Made by a program: the position numbers and the translations under genes
Notes under the pieces: model-generated
What the model was told of the DNA's origin: nothing
Databases searched by the model: none
The model's input: only the letters and a program-made list of their open reading frames with translations
Part shown: positions 19,154 to 29,450 of the stretch, in pieces
Numbering within the stretch: the first letter of the stretch is position 1
Layout of the letters: each line of letters opens with the position of its first letter
Source of the DNA: Chitinophaga pinensis
Lineage (GTDB): Bacteria > Bacteroidota > Bacteroidia > UKL13-3
NCBI GenBank assembly: GCA_945875195.1
Contig: CAMCJW010000001.1
Span: 1-60,534, forward strand
Direction: 5' to 3'
DNA length: 60,534 nt

Positions 19154-19519
19154 CTAAAATCCCTTTTTGAATTTGTTAATTTTATCCATCACTTTATAAC
19201 CTCCTGCTTCGCGATAATTTTTCTCTGGAACAGTATCATAAATATCAGAATCTTCATAATCAGAAACATAAACATCGCGTGTTTTAACAACCCAAATATT
19301 TACGCTTAAACCTCTTCTGCCAAACTGTTCTTTGCCAAAAATAAAGGCCATTTCAGCATTTGGCGCGTGCACAATTCCAACATGCATGTGTTGATCACCA
19401 CGTTTTTTCTGGTGAAAAACTTCATAGGTTTCCCATTGATCCAAATCTCTTAACGGCTCAATGGTGTTTTCAAGATTTATTTCTGCACGAGTAATGCGTG
19501 GGTCGAGTGATTTAATCAT
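19154..19519 (-). CDS. paaB: 1,2-phenylacetyl-CoA epoxidase subunit B
   Basis: 121 aa. WETYEVFHQKKRGDQHMHVGIVHAPNAEMA block is typical of PaaB. Confidence 0.85.
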   Translation of the reverse strand: MIKSLDPRITRAEINLENTIEPLRDLDQWETYEVFHQKKRGDQHMHVGIVHAPNAEMAFIFGKEQFGRRGLSVNIWVVKTRDVYVSDYEDSDIYDTVPEKNYREAGGYKVMDKINKFKKGF

Positions 19520-19529
19520 GATGAATAGT

Positions 19530-20516
19530 TTATGCTAAAGGAACAATGTATTTAGATTCGGTTGTGTTTAAGGCTTCTCTCACCCAACGTCCGCGTTCTT
19601 CAGCATTTCTGCGAACTGCCAAACGCTCAGCATTACAAGGGCCACCACCGTTTATTACACGTTTAAACTCTTCCCAATCTGGCTCAGTATATTCCCACTT
19701 TCCTTCTGCGTTTTTCTTCAAATTTTCATCGGGAAGCGTTAAACCTAAATCCCAAATTTTAGGAACATACATGTTTAAAAATTGCTGACGCATATCATCA
19801 TTAGTAGCCATCTTAACTTTCCAACGCATTAAAATTTCTGTGTGGTTAGAAATTTTATCAGAAGGGCCAAAGAAATGCATGATTGGAGGCCACCAGCGGG
19901 TTAAAGCTGCTTGTACCATTTCACGTTGTTTAGGCGTACCTGTTGCCAAGGTTACAACATTGTCATGACCATATTTTAAATGAAAAGATTCTTCGGTACA
20001 AATGCGATCTAAGGCGCGGCAATAAGGACCATAACTGCCTTTTGCATTTGCTACTTGATTGATAATAGCACCGGCATCAATAAGCCAAGCAATGATACAC
20101 GCATCAGCCCAAGTAAAAGCAGGGTAATTAAACACATTAGAGTACTTAGATTTTCCAGTGATTAAATCATTGATCATGGCCTCTCTGCTTTTGCCTAATG
20201 TTTCAGCAGCACTATATAATAATTGTGCATGACCAACCTCATCTTGAACCTTTGCCATTAACGCCAATTTGCGTCTAAATCCTGGTGCACGAGTGATCCA
20301 AGTTCCTTCTGGCAAAGCACCAATAATTTCACTATGGCCATGCTGTTCAATCATGCGCACAAGTTGTTTGCGGTACTCTTTAGGCATCCAATCCATTGGT
20401 TCAATTTTTTCACCACGAGCAATTCGCGCTTCAAACTCTTCAAGTTTCTTAGGGTCCTCTCCAGCAGTCATTGCTGTAGCCTTGTCGTTTGGATCAATGT
20501 AAGCATTTCCGTACAT
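19530..20516 (-). CDS. paaA: 1,2-phenylacetyl-CoA epoxidase catalytic subunit A
   Basis: FEARIARGEKIEPMDWMPKEYRKQL, HGHSEIIG and VQDEVGHAQLLY di-iron ligand blocks. Confidence 0.9.
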   Translation of the reverse strand: MYGNAYIDPNDKATAMTAGEDPKKLEEFEARIARGEKIEPMDWMPKEYRKQLVRMIEQHGHSEIIGALPEGTWITRAPGFRRKLALMAKVQDEVGHAQLLYSAAETLGKSREAMINDLITGKSKYSNVFNYPAFTWADACIIAWLIDAGAIINQVANAKGSYGPYCRALDRICTEESFHLKYGHDNVVTLATGTPKQREMVQAALTRWWPPIMHFFGPSDKISNHTEILMRWKVKMATNDDMRQQFLNMYVPKIWDLGLTLPDENLKKNAEGKWEYTEPDWEEFKRVINGGGPCNAERLAVRRNAEERGRWVREALNTTESKYIVPLA

Positions 20517-20565
20517 ATATATATATTTATTATTGTTGTTATTTTAATTTAGTTAAAGTCAAATG

Positions 20566-21177
20566 CTATGGTCGGTAATGTGGATCGGTAATCATCTTTT
20601 TTCTTAGTCCACCCATCACAAAATCACTTATTTTTTTTGCAATTTCCTCTGCATTCATTTTCCCGTCTGCTTGGTACCATTCATTGATCCAATTTACGCT
20701 ACTTAATATGCTTAACACTGCAAACTTCTTGTCTACATTTTCAAAAATATCCTCCTGCATTCCATTCTCAATAATATGTGTAAACTCACTTTCGTATTGA
20801 TTGCGCAAAAGCATAAATTCTTTCAAGGAGTTTTCTGGCAAACTCCTCCATTCTCTCAAAAAAACAGCACTTTTATTGATATCTTCTGTAATTATTTCAA
20901 CATGGTGCAAAATTGCTTTACGCAACTTTTCTTCTGCATTGAAATAAATATCGTTTACTTCGGCAATGGCAGATAAAAATTTTTGGGCCATAGAAAAGCA
21001 AATCAACTCCAAAATTTCTTCCTTAGATTTAATGTGATGGTACAAACTTGCCGCCTCAATATTAAGCACTAGAGCAATGTCTCTCATGGAGCTTGCTTCG
21101 TAGCCCTTTTGTTTAAACAACTGAGCAGCTGTTAAAATTATTTGCTCTTTTCGGCTGATAGTTTGAAATTCCGTCAT
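20566..21177 (-). CDS. TetR/AcrR-family transcriptional regulator
   Basis: N-terminal HTH: ILTAAQLFKQKGYEASSMRDIALVLNIEAASLYHHIKSKEEIL. Confidence 0.8.
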   Translation of the reverse strand: MTEFQTISRKEQIILTAAQLFKQKGYEASSMRDIALVLNIEAASLYHHIKSKEEILELICFSMAQKFLSAIAEVNDIYFNAEEKLRKAILHHVEIITEDINKSAVFLREWRSLPENSLKEFMLLRNQYESEFTHIIENGMQEDIFENVDKKFAVLSILSSVNWINEWYQADGKMNAEEIAKKISDFVMGGLRKKMITDPHYRP

Positions 21178-21246
21178 TTTACCTAACGATTGTTAGGCAA
21201 ATTTATAAATTCCTGATTATTATGCAAACAAAAATAATTTTAGTGC

Positions 21247-21954
21247 TTACCCCAAAACAAAAACACAAGGAATTTTGTGCAATTCTGGCTTATTGGTTTT
21301 CCATTGCGCCAAGGTTTTGGTTCGAACCCAACCCTTTTCTGAGCTGATATTACAGGCAATACACAATTTGGTTTGGGCATTACATTGTGTGATAAGTTCC
21401 TCTAAAAGTTGGTTGTTTCTATAGGGTGTTTCCATAAAAATTTGCGAAACTCCCCTGTGGGCATAGCTTTCTAGTTCTTTAATTCTTTTAATTTTAGGTG
21501 CTTTATCAATAGGCAAATAACCTAAAAAAGTAAATTGTTGACCACTAAATCCACTACCCATTAATGCCATTATCATGCTTGAACCACCTGGTAAGGGTAC
21601 AACTTCAATGTTTTTAGTTTGTGCCAAAGCCACCAAGGCTGAGCCAGGATCAGCAATACAAGGTAAGCCTGCATCACTAATTATTCCAGCATCATTTCCT
21701 TCCAAAGCTTTTAAAAGAGAAGGCACCTCTTGTGCTTGGGTGTGTTCATTTAACAACCAAATATGTAAATCTTGCTGATTGTTTTCTAAACGCAGTCTTT
21801 TTATTAAAGCTCTGCCTTGTTTTTCGTTTTCTACCACAAAATGTTTCAAATGATGAACCATTCGCCTCACCATTTCGGCAATAAAATCATCAGAATTATC
21901 CTCACTCAAGAAGTTTGGAATGAGGTACAATTTACCATAAGTTGTAGTAGACAT
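21247..21954 (-). CDS. SAM-dependent methyltransferase, tetrapyrrole-methylase fold (RsmI-like)
   Basis: LYLIPNFL start, ISDAGLPCIADPG and VPLPGGSSMIMAL blocks. Confidence 0.65.
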   Translation of the reverse strand: MSTTTYGKLYLIPNFLSEDNSDDFIAEMVRRMVHHLKHFVVENEKQGRALIKRLRLENNQQDLHIWLLNEHTQAQEVPSLLKALEGNDAGIISDAGLPCIADPGSALVALAQTKNIEVVPLPGGSSMIMALMGSGFSGQQFTFLGYLPIDKAPKIKRIKELESYAHRGVSQIFMETPYRNNQLLEELITQCNAQTKLCIACNISSEKGWVRTKTLAQWKTNKPELHKIPCVFVLG

Positions 21955-22051
21955 AATTTAATGTGTTGATTAGTTGTAAGTTAAAACAAAAAAAATAAAG
22001 GTTGATTTTTGGCTTTTCCAACCTTATTTTCGCCCTTCTTAAAGTATTACA

Positions 22052-24172
22052 ATGGCAATATTAACAAAAATAAGAAACAGATCAGGATTAGCTATAGGTG
22101 CGGTAGGTTTAGCCTTAGGATTATTTGTGGTTTCTGACGCTTTAAATTCAAACTCAGCATTATTTGGCGGCAGCAGCCAACAAAACAATGTAGGTGAAAT
22201 TGATGGTGAATCAATTGGCATCAAACAATTTGACGACAAACTTCAATACAACTTGGAGAACTTCAAAAAACGCACACAACAAGAAAACCTAGACGAGGCA
22301 ACTCAAGGTCAGGTGCGCGATCAAACTTGGAATCAAATGTTAAATGATTTCATGCTTACAAAAGAATACGACCAATTAGGATTAATAGTTGGCGAGGAAG
22401 AACTTTCCGACATTATTTATGGTAACAATATTCACGCTCAAATTAAGCAATCATTTACCGACCCAAAAACAGGCGTATTTGATGTAAACAACGTTAAGCG
22501 TTACCTTAAACAAATGACTGAAGGCACTGATGAAGCTGCTAAAGCACAGTGGAAAGAATTTGAAGACTTTTTGGTAACAGAATCTCTTCAACGTAAATAC
22601 TCTAGTTTATTGAAAAAAGGTTTATATGCTACTTCCCTTGAAGCTAAAAATTTATACACAGGAAGAACACAAAGTTCTGAAGTAAATTTTGTGGCTTTGG
22701 CTTATTCAACGATTGCAGATTCAACCGTTGTTGCAGAAGAAGGTGATTTAAAATCATACTTCAAAAAGAACATGGAAAAATACAAGGAGCGTGAAAACTC
22801 TCGCAAGTTAGAATTTGTAGTTTGGGATTTTGCACCAACAACTGAGGATAGTGCTGTAGTTCAAAAATGGGCTTTCGATCAAGTTGCTCAATTTCAAGCT
22901 TCAGAAAACGACACTGCTTATGTTGATGTAAACAGTGATAGCAAGTTTATTGCTGCCGCTCGCAAAAGAAGTGAATATCCAGAATCGGTTCAAAACCGTT
23001 TATTTACCGAGCCAGTTGGAACTGTAATAGGACCAATTTTTGAGGGTGGAAAATACAGTATATATAAGGTATCTGGTATTTCTGAAGATTCGGTATATTC
23101 TATGCGTGCTAGTCATATTTTAATTCGTCCAGAAGGTGCCACCGATGCAGATACCCTTAACGCTACCAAAAAGGCAAATGATATCTTGGCTCGTATTCGC
23201 AAGGGTGAGAATTTTGCAACCTTGGCTGGCGAGTTTGGCACCGATGGTACCAAGGACAGGGGTGGTGATTTAGGTTGGTTCCCAGAAGGACAGATGGTAA
23301 AAGAATTCAATGATGCGGTTAAGAATGGTAAAAAAGGCGACCAATTTGTATTAAAAACACAGTTTGGTGTTCACGTTATTAAAATTACTGAAGACAAAAC
23401 TAAGAAATTAGTTTGTGCTGGAGTATTAGAACGCTCTATTGAGGCAAGTGAAAAAACCTCTTCAGCAGCTTATAGCGATGCCAGTCAGTTTGCAGCCACT
23501 AGCAGAAATTCTGAAGATTTTAACAAGAATGTAGAAGAAAAGAAAATGCTTAAACGTGTTGCAGAATTTGTGCGTGAAACCGACAATTTTTTACCTGGCT
23601 ATAGCGAAGCACGCGAAGCGGTTCGTTGGGCATTCAATGCTAAAAACGGAGATGTTAGTGAAGTAATGACTGTAGGAAAAGACAAATATGTAATTGCTAC
23701 TTTAACTTTAATCCGTGAAAAAGGTAAGGCAAATTTTGAGGCAGCAAAAGATAGAGTAACTACTGATTACCGCAAGGATATGAAAGCAGAGAAGTTAATG
23801 GAACAATTGAAAACCGCAATGGATGGTACCACAACCTTGGATGCTGTAAGCAGAAAAATCAACCAAACGGTAACGCCAATTGCTGCTCAAACTTTTGAAA
23901 ATGGTAGTATTCCATATGTGGGTTACGACAATTCATTTGCTGGAACGATTGCAGGAACTACTTCCATTAATAAACTAAGTGGACCTGTTAAAGGAGATGC
24001 CGCAGTATATGCTTATCAAGTTAGCAAAATTGTTCCTGCACCCGCTATGACAGATTTTTCACAGCAAAAAACCGAATTAAGCAGTGCCTTACAACAAAGA
24101 GTTGAGTATGGTTACTTTGAAATATTAAAAGAGTTGAAAAATGTAAAAGACAACAGATTCCTATTCTATTAA
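22052..24172 (+). CDS. PpiD-like periplasmic peptidyl-prolyl isomerase/chaperone
   Basis: MAILTKIRNRSGLAIGAVGLAL anchor, SurA-N-like region, and parvulin block ASHILIRP...GGDLGWF. Confidence 0.8.
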   Translation: MAILTKIRNRSGLAIGAVGLALGLFVVSDALNSNSALFGGSSQQNNVGEIDGESIGIKQFDDKLQYNLENFKKRTQQENLDEATQGQVRDQTWNQMLNDFMLTKEYDQLGLIVGEEELSDIIYGNNIHAQIKQSFTDPKTGVFDVNNVKRYLKQMTEGTDEAAKAQWKEFEDFLVTESLQRKYSSLLKKGLYATSLEAKNLYTGRTQSSEVNFVALAYSTIADSTVVAEEGDLKSYFKKNMEKYKERENSRKLEFVVWDFAPTTEDSAVVQKWAFDQVAQFQASENDTAYVDVNSDSKFIAAARKRSEYPESVQNRLFTEPVGTVIGPIFEGGKYSIYKVSGISEDSVYSMRASHILIRPEGATDADTLNATKKANDILARIRKGENFATLAGEFGTDGTKDRGGDLGWFPEGQMVKEFNDAVKNGKKGDQFVLKTQFGVHVIKITEDKTKKLVCAGVLERSIEASEKTSSAAYSDASQFAATSRNSEDFNKNVEEKKMLKRVAEFVRETDNFLPGYSEAREAVRWAFNAKNGDVSEVMTVGKDKYVIATLTLIREKGKANFEAAKDRVTTDYRKDMKAEKLMEQLKTAMDGTTTLDAVSRKINQTVTPIAAQTFENGSIPYVGYDNSFAGTIAGTTSINKLSGPVKGDAAVYAYQVSKIVPAPAMTDFSQQKTELSSALQQRVEYGYFEILKELKNVKDNRFLFY

Positions 24173-24173
24173 T

Positions 24174-24932
24174 ATGTTAAATTACAAAAGAACGGGATCT
24201 GGCAATCAGACTTTGGTTCTGATACATGGATACTGCGAAAACAATACCTGCTTCAACGAGCAGGTATTGTTTTTTAAGGACATTTGCAATGTGCTTACTC
24301 TTGATTTACCTGGGTTTGGCAAAACTCCTAGTGTTCCAGAAATAACTATTGAAGAGATGGCCCAAATGGTGAACCAAGTTTTGGTTCAGGAAAAAATTGA
24401 ATCTTGCATAATACTTGGACATAGCATGGGCGGATATGTTACTCTAGCCTTTGCTGAGTTATTTCCAAATAAGCTAAAGGGATTTGGATTAATCCATAGT
24501 ATAGCCAATGCAGATACGGAAGAAAGAAAGGATAAAAGAAAACAGGTTATTTCTTATATTCGAGAAAATGGAAAAGAAAAATATATTAAGAATTTCATCC
24601 CTGGTTTATTTACCCCAAATGCACAAAAAGATATTATTGAATACGCTATTGAGCAAGGATTAGTAAGTGATGAATTAGGGATTATTGAAGCTGCACAGGC
24701 CATGATGCTCAGGCCAGATAGGCAATCAGTATTAAGAAATACCTCCCTTCCAGTTTATTTTGTTATTGGTAAAAACGACCAGTTAATACCAGAGGCAGCT
24801 ATGTTTGCTCAAGCAGCAATTTGCCAAAAATCTATGATTACTTATTTGGAAAAATCAGCACACATGGGTATGATGGAAGAGCCAAAATTACTAAATATTG
24901 GCATCAATAAATTTCTAGCATTGGCTAAATAA
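24174..24932 (+). CDS. Alpha/beta-fold hydrolase
   Basis: LVLIHGY and nucleophile elbow GHSMGG; C-terminal SAHMGMMEEP His block. Confidence 0.75.
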   Translation: MLNYKRTGSGNQTLVLIHGYCENNTCFNEQVLFFKDICNVLTLDLPGFGKTPSVPEITIEEMAQMVNQVLVQEKIESCIILGHSMGGYVTLAFAELFPNKLKGFGLIHSIANADTEERKDKRKQVISYIRENGKEKYIKNFIPGLFTPNAQKDIIEYAIEQGLVSDELGIIEAAQAMMLRPDRQSVLRNTSLPVYFVIGKNDQLIPEAAMFAQAAICQKSMITYLEKSAHMGMMEEPKLLNIGINKFLALAK

Positions 24933-24951
24933 AAAACCGTTTTCAGCTTGC

Positions 24952-26913
24952 TTAAGAGTTTAGATTGCCTGTGCTTCTAATTGATTTCAAAACAATTAAA
25001 AAGTCTTTTTCTATGGAATAATCTTTGGCATACAAAAAGTTCAATTTTTGTATGGTAACAATATTCATTCCCTTGCCTCTTTGCCCATCTAGCGGACTAA
25101 GAACACCCTTTTTGATTACAGGTAACAATTTAATATTATCGGCATTTGCATAGCCAACCCATGTTTTGGCGCCTACTAAAACTTGAAAAATGTTTTGAAA
25201 AAAGTTTGCCCTTTGCCTAACCAATAAAATTAAGATTGGTGAAAACAACACCATAAGAAAGCTGGCTGCTATGTCGAACACGCGCTTCTTTTGTTGCTCA
25301 AAAGCCTTTGCCAATTTTAAATTTATTTCTATTGTATAAAAATCACCTGGGGTGTTTTTGTTGTTACTTCCTATTATAAACAAGCTTTCCTCTGGAACAA
25401 TCTTGTATAGAATATCTTGTTGACTATTGCTACCCATCCATTCAATGATGGAGCTTGCAGCCAAATCTTTGCTACAAAAGATAATCTCTTCTACACCAAA
25501 GAATTTTACCAATTCGGAAAGCTCGCTAACTTGACCTAAATAATTTTCATCCTTATAAGGTTCAAGCGAAACGTAACCTAAATAATCGCTTTTAGATTTT
25601 GATTTGATGAGCAAGTCTTGCACTCGCTCTACTTCAGATTTATTACCAACTATTATGGTTTTTAACTGGCCGCCCAAAGCAAAACTCCATCGTTTGTGTT
25701 TGGCATAATACAATACCAACCTAATAACAAATGCATCAATAATTGCGGCCATTGCGCCAATTAAAATAATTGCCCTAGAAAATCGGTAGTCTTCTTCAAC
25801 AAATGCATAAAAAACGGCAATGGCCAGGGTTCCAAAGGCAATTCCTTTGGCAACACTTAAGAAAGTTTTCCTTTTATTGTAAGACCCAGCCAAGGCCAAT
25901 CCAATAAGCCACAACAGAGCATACACAAGACTATTTGAATAAACAATTTGGGTTGGATAGGCTAAAGGAGTATCATATTTTAGGTTCGACCAAAAACCAA
26001 CTATAAGAGTTAGACTGCTAAAAATTACAATAAAATCTAGTAAGGGCACAAAAACTTTAGAAGCAAACCTAACAATTAAGGCAGCAAAGGCACGTAAATA
26101 GATTGCCACATGAATAAGGGCACTAAAATTGCGCGCATGACGACGAGAATAATGCTTATTGGCAAATATTACCATTGCCTTATAAAAGGTAAAAACAAAA
26201 TTTACACTGGTTTTTTTAGTGCTCTCGCCTTTGTAATGAATAATAGTTGTATCTGGAAAATAATAGTTCTTGAACCCAGCCTTATTAATACAATAGCTGA
26301 GGTCTATATCTTCGCCATACATGAAATAATCTTCATCCAACAATCCAACTTGCTTCAACACATCATGTCTAATCATCATAAATGCACCGGCAAGTACATC
26401 CACCTCATGAATTTCATTTTTGCTTAAAAAGCCCAAATGATATTTGCCAAACTTCCTCGACTTCGGGAAAAGTGCTGCCAATCCGCTAATTTTATAGAAA
26501 GCAACCTCAGGAGTGGGCAACCCCCTCTTCGATTCCGGCAAAAATTTTCCTGAACCATCTATCATTTTTACCCCAACGCCACCGGCATCTGGGGTTTGAT
26601 CCATAAAATGAATCAGCTTATCAAAACAATCTTCTTCAATTACTGTATCTGGGTTAAGTAGCAAAATATATTTTCCTTTTGCAAGGCGAATTGCTTGGTT
26701 ATTCGCTTTTGCAAAGCCCACATTGTCCTTATTTTCAATGAGCTTAACCTCTGGGAAAAGGGAGCGAACCATTTCACAAGAACCATCAAAAGAGTGATTA
26801 TCAACAACAAAAACTTCAACTTGTAGCCCCATACAGGCTCTGCGAACTGAATGCAGGGCCTGCTCAAGGAAATACTTAACGTTATAATTAACTATGACTA
26901 CCGAAAGTTGCAT
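24952..26913 (-). CDS. GT2 glycosyltransferase fused to a WbaP-like membrane/Rossmann module with a degenerate phosphoglycosyltransferase tail
   Basis: N-terminus is VVIVNYN...VVDNHSFDGS...LLLNPD...GEDIDL (GT2). It is followed by ~5 TM helices, a Rossmann-like IIVGNKSE segment, then KRVFDIAASFLMVLFSPILILLV. Confidence 0.7.
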   Translation of the reverse strand: MQLSVVIVNYNVKYFLEQALHSVRRACMGLQVEVFVVDNHSFDGSCEMVRSLFPEVKLIENKDNVGFAKANNQAIRLAKGKYILLLNPDTVIEEDCFDKLIHFMDQTPDAGGVGVKMIDGSGKFLPESKRGLPTPEVAFYKISGLAALFPKSRKFGKYHLGFLSKNEIHEVDVLAGAFMMIRHDVLKQVGLLDEDYFMYGEDIDLSYCINKAGFKNYYFPDTTIIHYKGESTKKTSVNFVFTFYKAMVIFANKHYSRRHARNFSALIHVAIYLRAFAALIVRFASKVFVPLLDFIVIFSSLTLIVGFWSNLKYDTPLAYPTQIVYSNSLVYALLWLIGLALAGSYNKRKTFLSVAKGIAFGTLAIAVFYAFVEEDYRFSRAIILIGAMAAIIDAFVIRLVLYYAKHKRWSFALGGQLKTIIVGNKSEVERVQDLLIKSKSKSDYLGYVSLEPYKDENYLGQVSELSELVKFFGVEEIIFCSKDLAASSIIEWMGSNSQQDILYKIVPEESLFIIGSNNKNTPGDFYTIEINLKLAKAFEQQKKRVFDIAASFLMVLFSPILILLVRQRANFFQNIFQVLVGAKTWVGYANADNIKLLPVIKKGVLSPLDGQRGKGMNIVTIQKLNFLYAKDYSIEKDFLIVLKSIRSTGNLNS

Positions 26914-27050
26914 AAAAGAAGGTAACGAAGATAAGGCATTGTGTATTGTATTCCCAGCAAGAAAAATCCTACTCTATTTTTTAAAAGTTTTCATTAATAT
27001 CGTAGTAAATATTGTAAGGCTATTGAACAAACAATAAAACGCATTAAACA

Positions 27051-27845
27051 ATGAACATGAGTGAATTTAGGGTACGCACAATGGCTAATATGGCGGCAAA
27101 TGGAGAAGAGGCTGAAATTTTGTTTTGGGTTGGCTGCGCGGGGAGTTTTGACGAGAGAGCGCAAAAAATAACCAAAGCTGTTGCAAAAATTTTGCATGCC
27201 GCTGGCCTTAAATTTGCCATTCTTGGAACCGAAGAGGCATGTACAGGAGATCCTGCTAAACGTGCAGGAAATGAATTCCTATTTCAAATGATGGCCATGC
27301 AAAATATCGCAACACTGGATGCTTATGGCATTAAAAAAATTGTAACTGCTTGCCCTCATTGTTTCAATACCCTAAAAAATGAATACCCAGCACTTGGAGG
27401 TACCTATGAAATTTTACATCATACCACACTTATAAACCAACTCTTAAATGATGCAAAAATTAGCATTCAAGGTGGTGGTTTTAAGGGGCAAAGAATTACT
27501 TATCATGATAGTTGTTACTTAGGGCGATCTAATAATATTTATGAAGCTCCAAGAGAAATTATTGAAAAACTAGATGCCGCACTCGTTGAAATGAAACGTA
27601 GCAAAGCTAATGGTTTGTGCTGTGGTGCTGGTGGTGCACAAATGTTTAAAGAAGCTGAAGAAGGTAAAAAAGAAGTAAATATTGAACGAGCCGATGACAT
27701 GTTAGAAACGCAAGCAAATGTGGTGGCTGCTGCTTGTCCTTTTTGCATGACTATGCTCAGAGATGGAGTAAAGCACCACAATAAAGAGGCTGAAATTGAG
27801 GTAAAAGATGTCGCTGAATTGGTTGCCTCGGCAATGGATTTATAA
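27051..27845 (+). CDS. (Fe-S)-binding protein with two CCG cysteine-rich domains (HdrB/GlpC/LutA-like)
   Basis: VGCAG...ACTGD...CPHC and DSCYL...LCCGAGG...CPFC repeats. Confidence 0.7.
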   Translation: MNMSEFRVRTMANMAANGEEAEILFWVGCAGSFDERAQKITKAVAKILHAAGLKFAILGTEEACTGDPAKRAGNEFLFQMMAMQNIATLDAYGIKKIVTACPHCFNTLKNEYPALGGTYEILHHTTLINQLLNDAKISIQGGGFKGQRITYHDSCYLGRSNNIYEAPREIIEKLDAALVEMKRSKANGLCCGAGGAQMFKEAEEGKKEVNIERADDMLETQANVVAAACPFCMTMLRDGVKHHNKEAEIEVKDVAELVASAMDL

Positions 27846-27981
27846 ACACCCTTTCAAGTATTCCCATCATACTTGAGGTGCCTTTTGATAACAACAACTT
27901 GGGACTATGAAACAGGTTGATACAGGTGAAAAAAATGGCAATGTTATTATAACTATGTAAGGACATTTAGCCTGTAAATTT

Positions 27982-28575
27982 TTATATAATTTTTCTAAAA
28001 GTAAGGTTAATTCTTGGTCCGCATTCTTGCATTGATTTAGGAATAGCATGCAACCAATGGTGTTGCATGGTTCCTTCCATTAAAAGCAAGCTTCCATTAT
28101 TTAAGGCTACTTTCAACTTCATTTGCTTTTGGGTTTTGTGTTTCAACTGAAACGTTCTGCTTGATCCAAGACTTATTGAGGCTATTTTAGGGTCTGAACC
28201 AAGCTCTTTTTCATCATCGCTGTGCCATCCCATGCTATCATTTTGGTTGCGATATAAGTTCATTAAAACGCTGTTGAATTTAAATCCTGAAAGGGCTTCT
28301 ATGTCTATTTTTATTTGCTCAATCAAGGGCGTAAAAGGCAGGGGCTCCAAGTGGATACCCGAATAAGAATAGTCAGCTCCTTTTTCTCCATACCAGGCTG
28401 TTAGTCTAGGTTGCGGTATAATTCTGCCAAACATTTGAATGGAGTATTGCTTCCAATCTACTTCAAGCATCAATGTCCTATACAAATCATTTGCCTTTTC
28501 TTGAACATAAAAAGCATCTTGCAAACTGCAAATTCCATCTACAGGAAGTAGATTAGTAATGTTGGTTTTAAACAT
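27982..28575 (-). CDS. alkB: Alpha-ketoglutarate/Fe(II)-dependent dioxygenase AlkB
   Basis: MGWHSDDE and later HAIP..RINLTFR 2OG-oxygenase motifs. ATG 28575 is preferred over the track start 28596. Confidence 0.8.
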   Translation of the reverse strand: MFKTNITNLLPVDGICSLQDAFYVQEKANDLYRTLMLEVDWKQYSIQMFGRIIPQPRLTAWYGEKGADYSYSGIHLEPLPFTPLIEQIKIDIEALSGFKFNSVLMNLYRNQNDSMGWHSDDEKELGSDPKIASISLGSSRTFQLKHKTQKQMKLKVALNNGSLLLMEGTMQHHWLHAIPKSMQECGPRINLTFRKII

Positions 28576-28876
28576 TAAATTTTTCTTTTCCTGCAATTAT
28601 TTCGAAATACAATTTAAAATCACTCAATAAACTATAGAGCGGATATTGAAAAGTAGCGGGTTTGTTTTTTTCAAAAAAGAAATGCCCAACCCAAGCAAAA
28701 CCATATCCAAATAGCGGACAAAGCCACAGCAAGCTCAATTTGTGAAATAGAAATGCCCCCATGATAACCACAAAAAACAAGGTGGTGCCTATAAAATGAA
28801 GCACCCTGCAAGTATAGTTTTGATGGTCTTTTAAATAATAGGAGTAAAACTCATTCAATGATTTGTATTTTTTCAT
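28568..28876 (-). CDS. DUF962 (Mpo1-like) membrane protein
   Basis: HFIGTTLF...GYGFAWVGHFFFEKNKPATFQYPLYSL signature. Confidence 0.65.
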   Translation of the reverse strand: MKKYKSLNEFYSYYLKDHQNYTCRVLHFIGTTLFFVVIMGAFLFHKLSLLWLCPLFGYGFAWVGHFFFEKNKPATFQYPLYSLLSDFKLYFEIIAGKEKFNV

Positions 28877-28885
28877 GCTTACTAC

Positions 28886-29422
28886 TTATTTGTTTTCATT
28901 ATTAATTCCAGAAAGCATGTATTTAATTACACCTTTGGTTCGAGATAAATCTCTACTAGGGTCGTCAAAATAATAAAGTTCATACTTATCCTCCCAAACA
29001 ACTCTATCTGTTTGCATATACTTTGCTTCCATATATAATTCAATTCCTTTGCTCATTCTAGAGTAGGCATAATAATTTATTCCAGGACCTGTATATGCCA
29101 AGCCATGGTTAAAAGACGAATCAACTTTTATGGTTAACACCAGCAGATACTTGGGGTTTTTATTGGTATAATTATACCCTTCTTTGGCCAATCGTTTGAT
29201 GCAATACTTTTCAAGCTCTCTTTCAAAATTCTTTGCTATTTTCTCTGGTGAATTATTCTCAATTTGGAGGGTAACTGTGCCTCTCTTTTGAATAGCATTT
29301 ACTTTACTAAAATTTGTATAGCGCTTGTTACAACTACTAATCAGAAGAAAAGGAACAAACAACCCGATGAATAAATTTGAAATTTTTATCATTGCCAAAC
29401 TACCATTTTTCAAAATTCGCAA
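28886..29422 (-). CDS. Lipoprotein, hypothetical
   Basis: Lipobox LLISSC after a hydrophobic leader. No family recognised. Confidence 0.45.
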   Translation of the reverse strand: MRILKNGSLAMIKISNLFIGLFVPFLLISSCNKRYTNFSKVNAIQKRGTVTLQIENNSPEKIAKNFERELEKYCIKRLAKEGYNYTNKNPKYLLVLTIKVDSSFNHGLAYTGPGINYYAYSRMSKGIELYMEAKYMQTDRVVWEDKYELYYFDDPSRDLSRTKGVIKYMLSGINNENK

Positions 29423-29450
29423 AAAAAAGCAGAAAAACTACATAAAGCTT

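Noticed and set aside
27051-27845. CCG-domain Fe-S protein as a 5'-truncated pseudogene, since related proteins often carry an N-terminal ferredoxin/membrane part.
   Set aside because: The ORF starts cleanly with ATG. The upstream 137 nt show no in-frame remnants, and stand-alone proteins of about 260 aa with this layout exist. Evidence for decay is insufficient.
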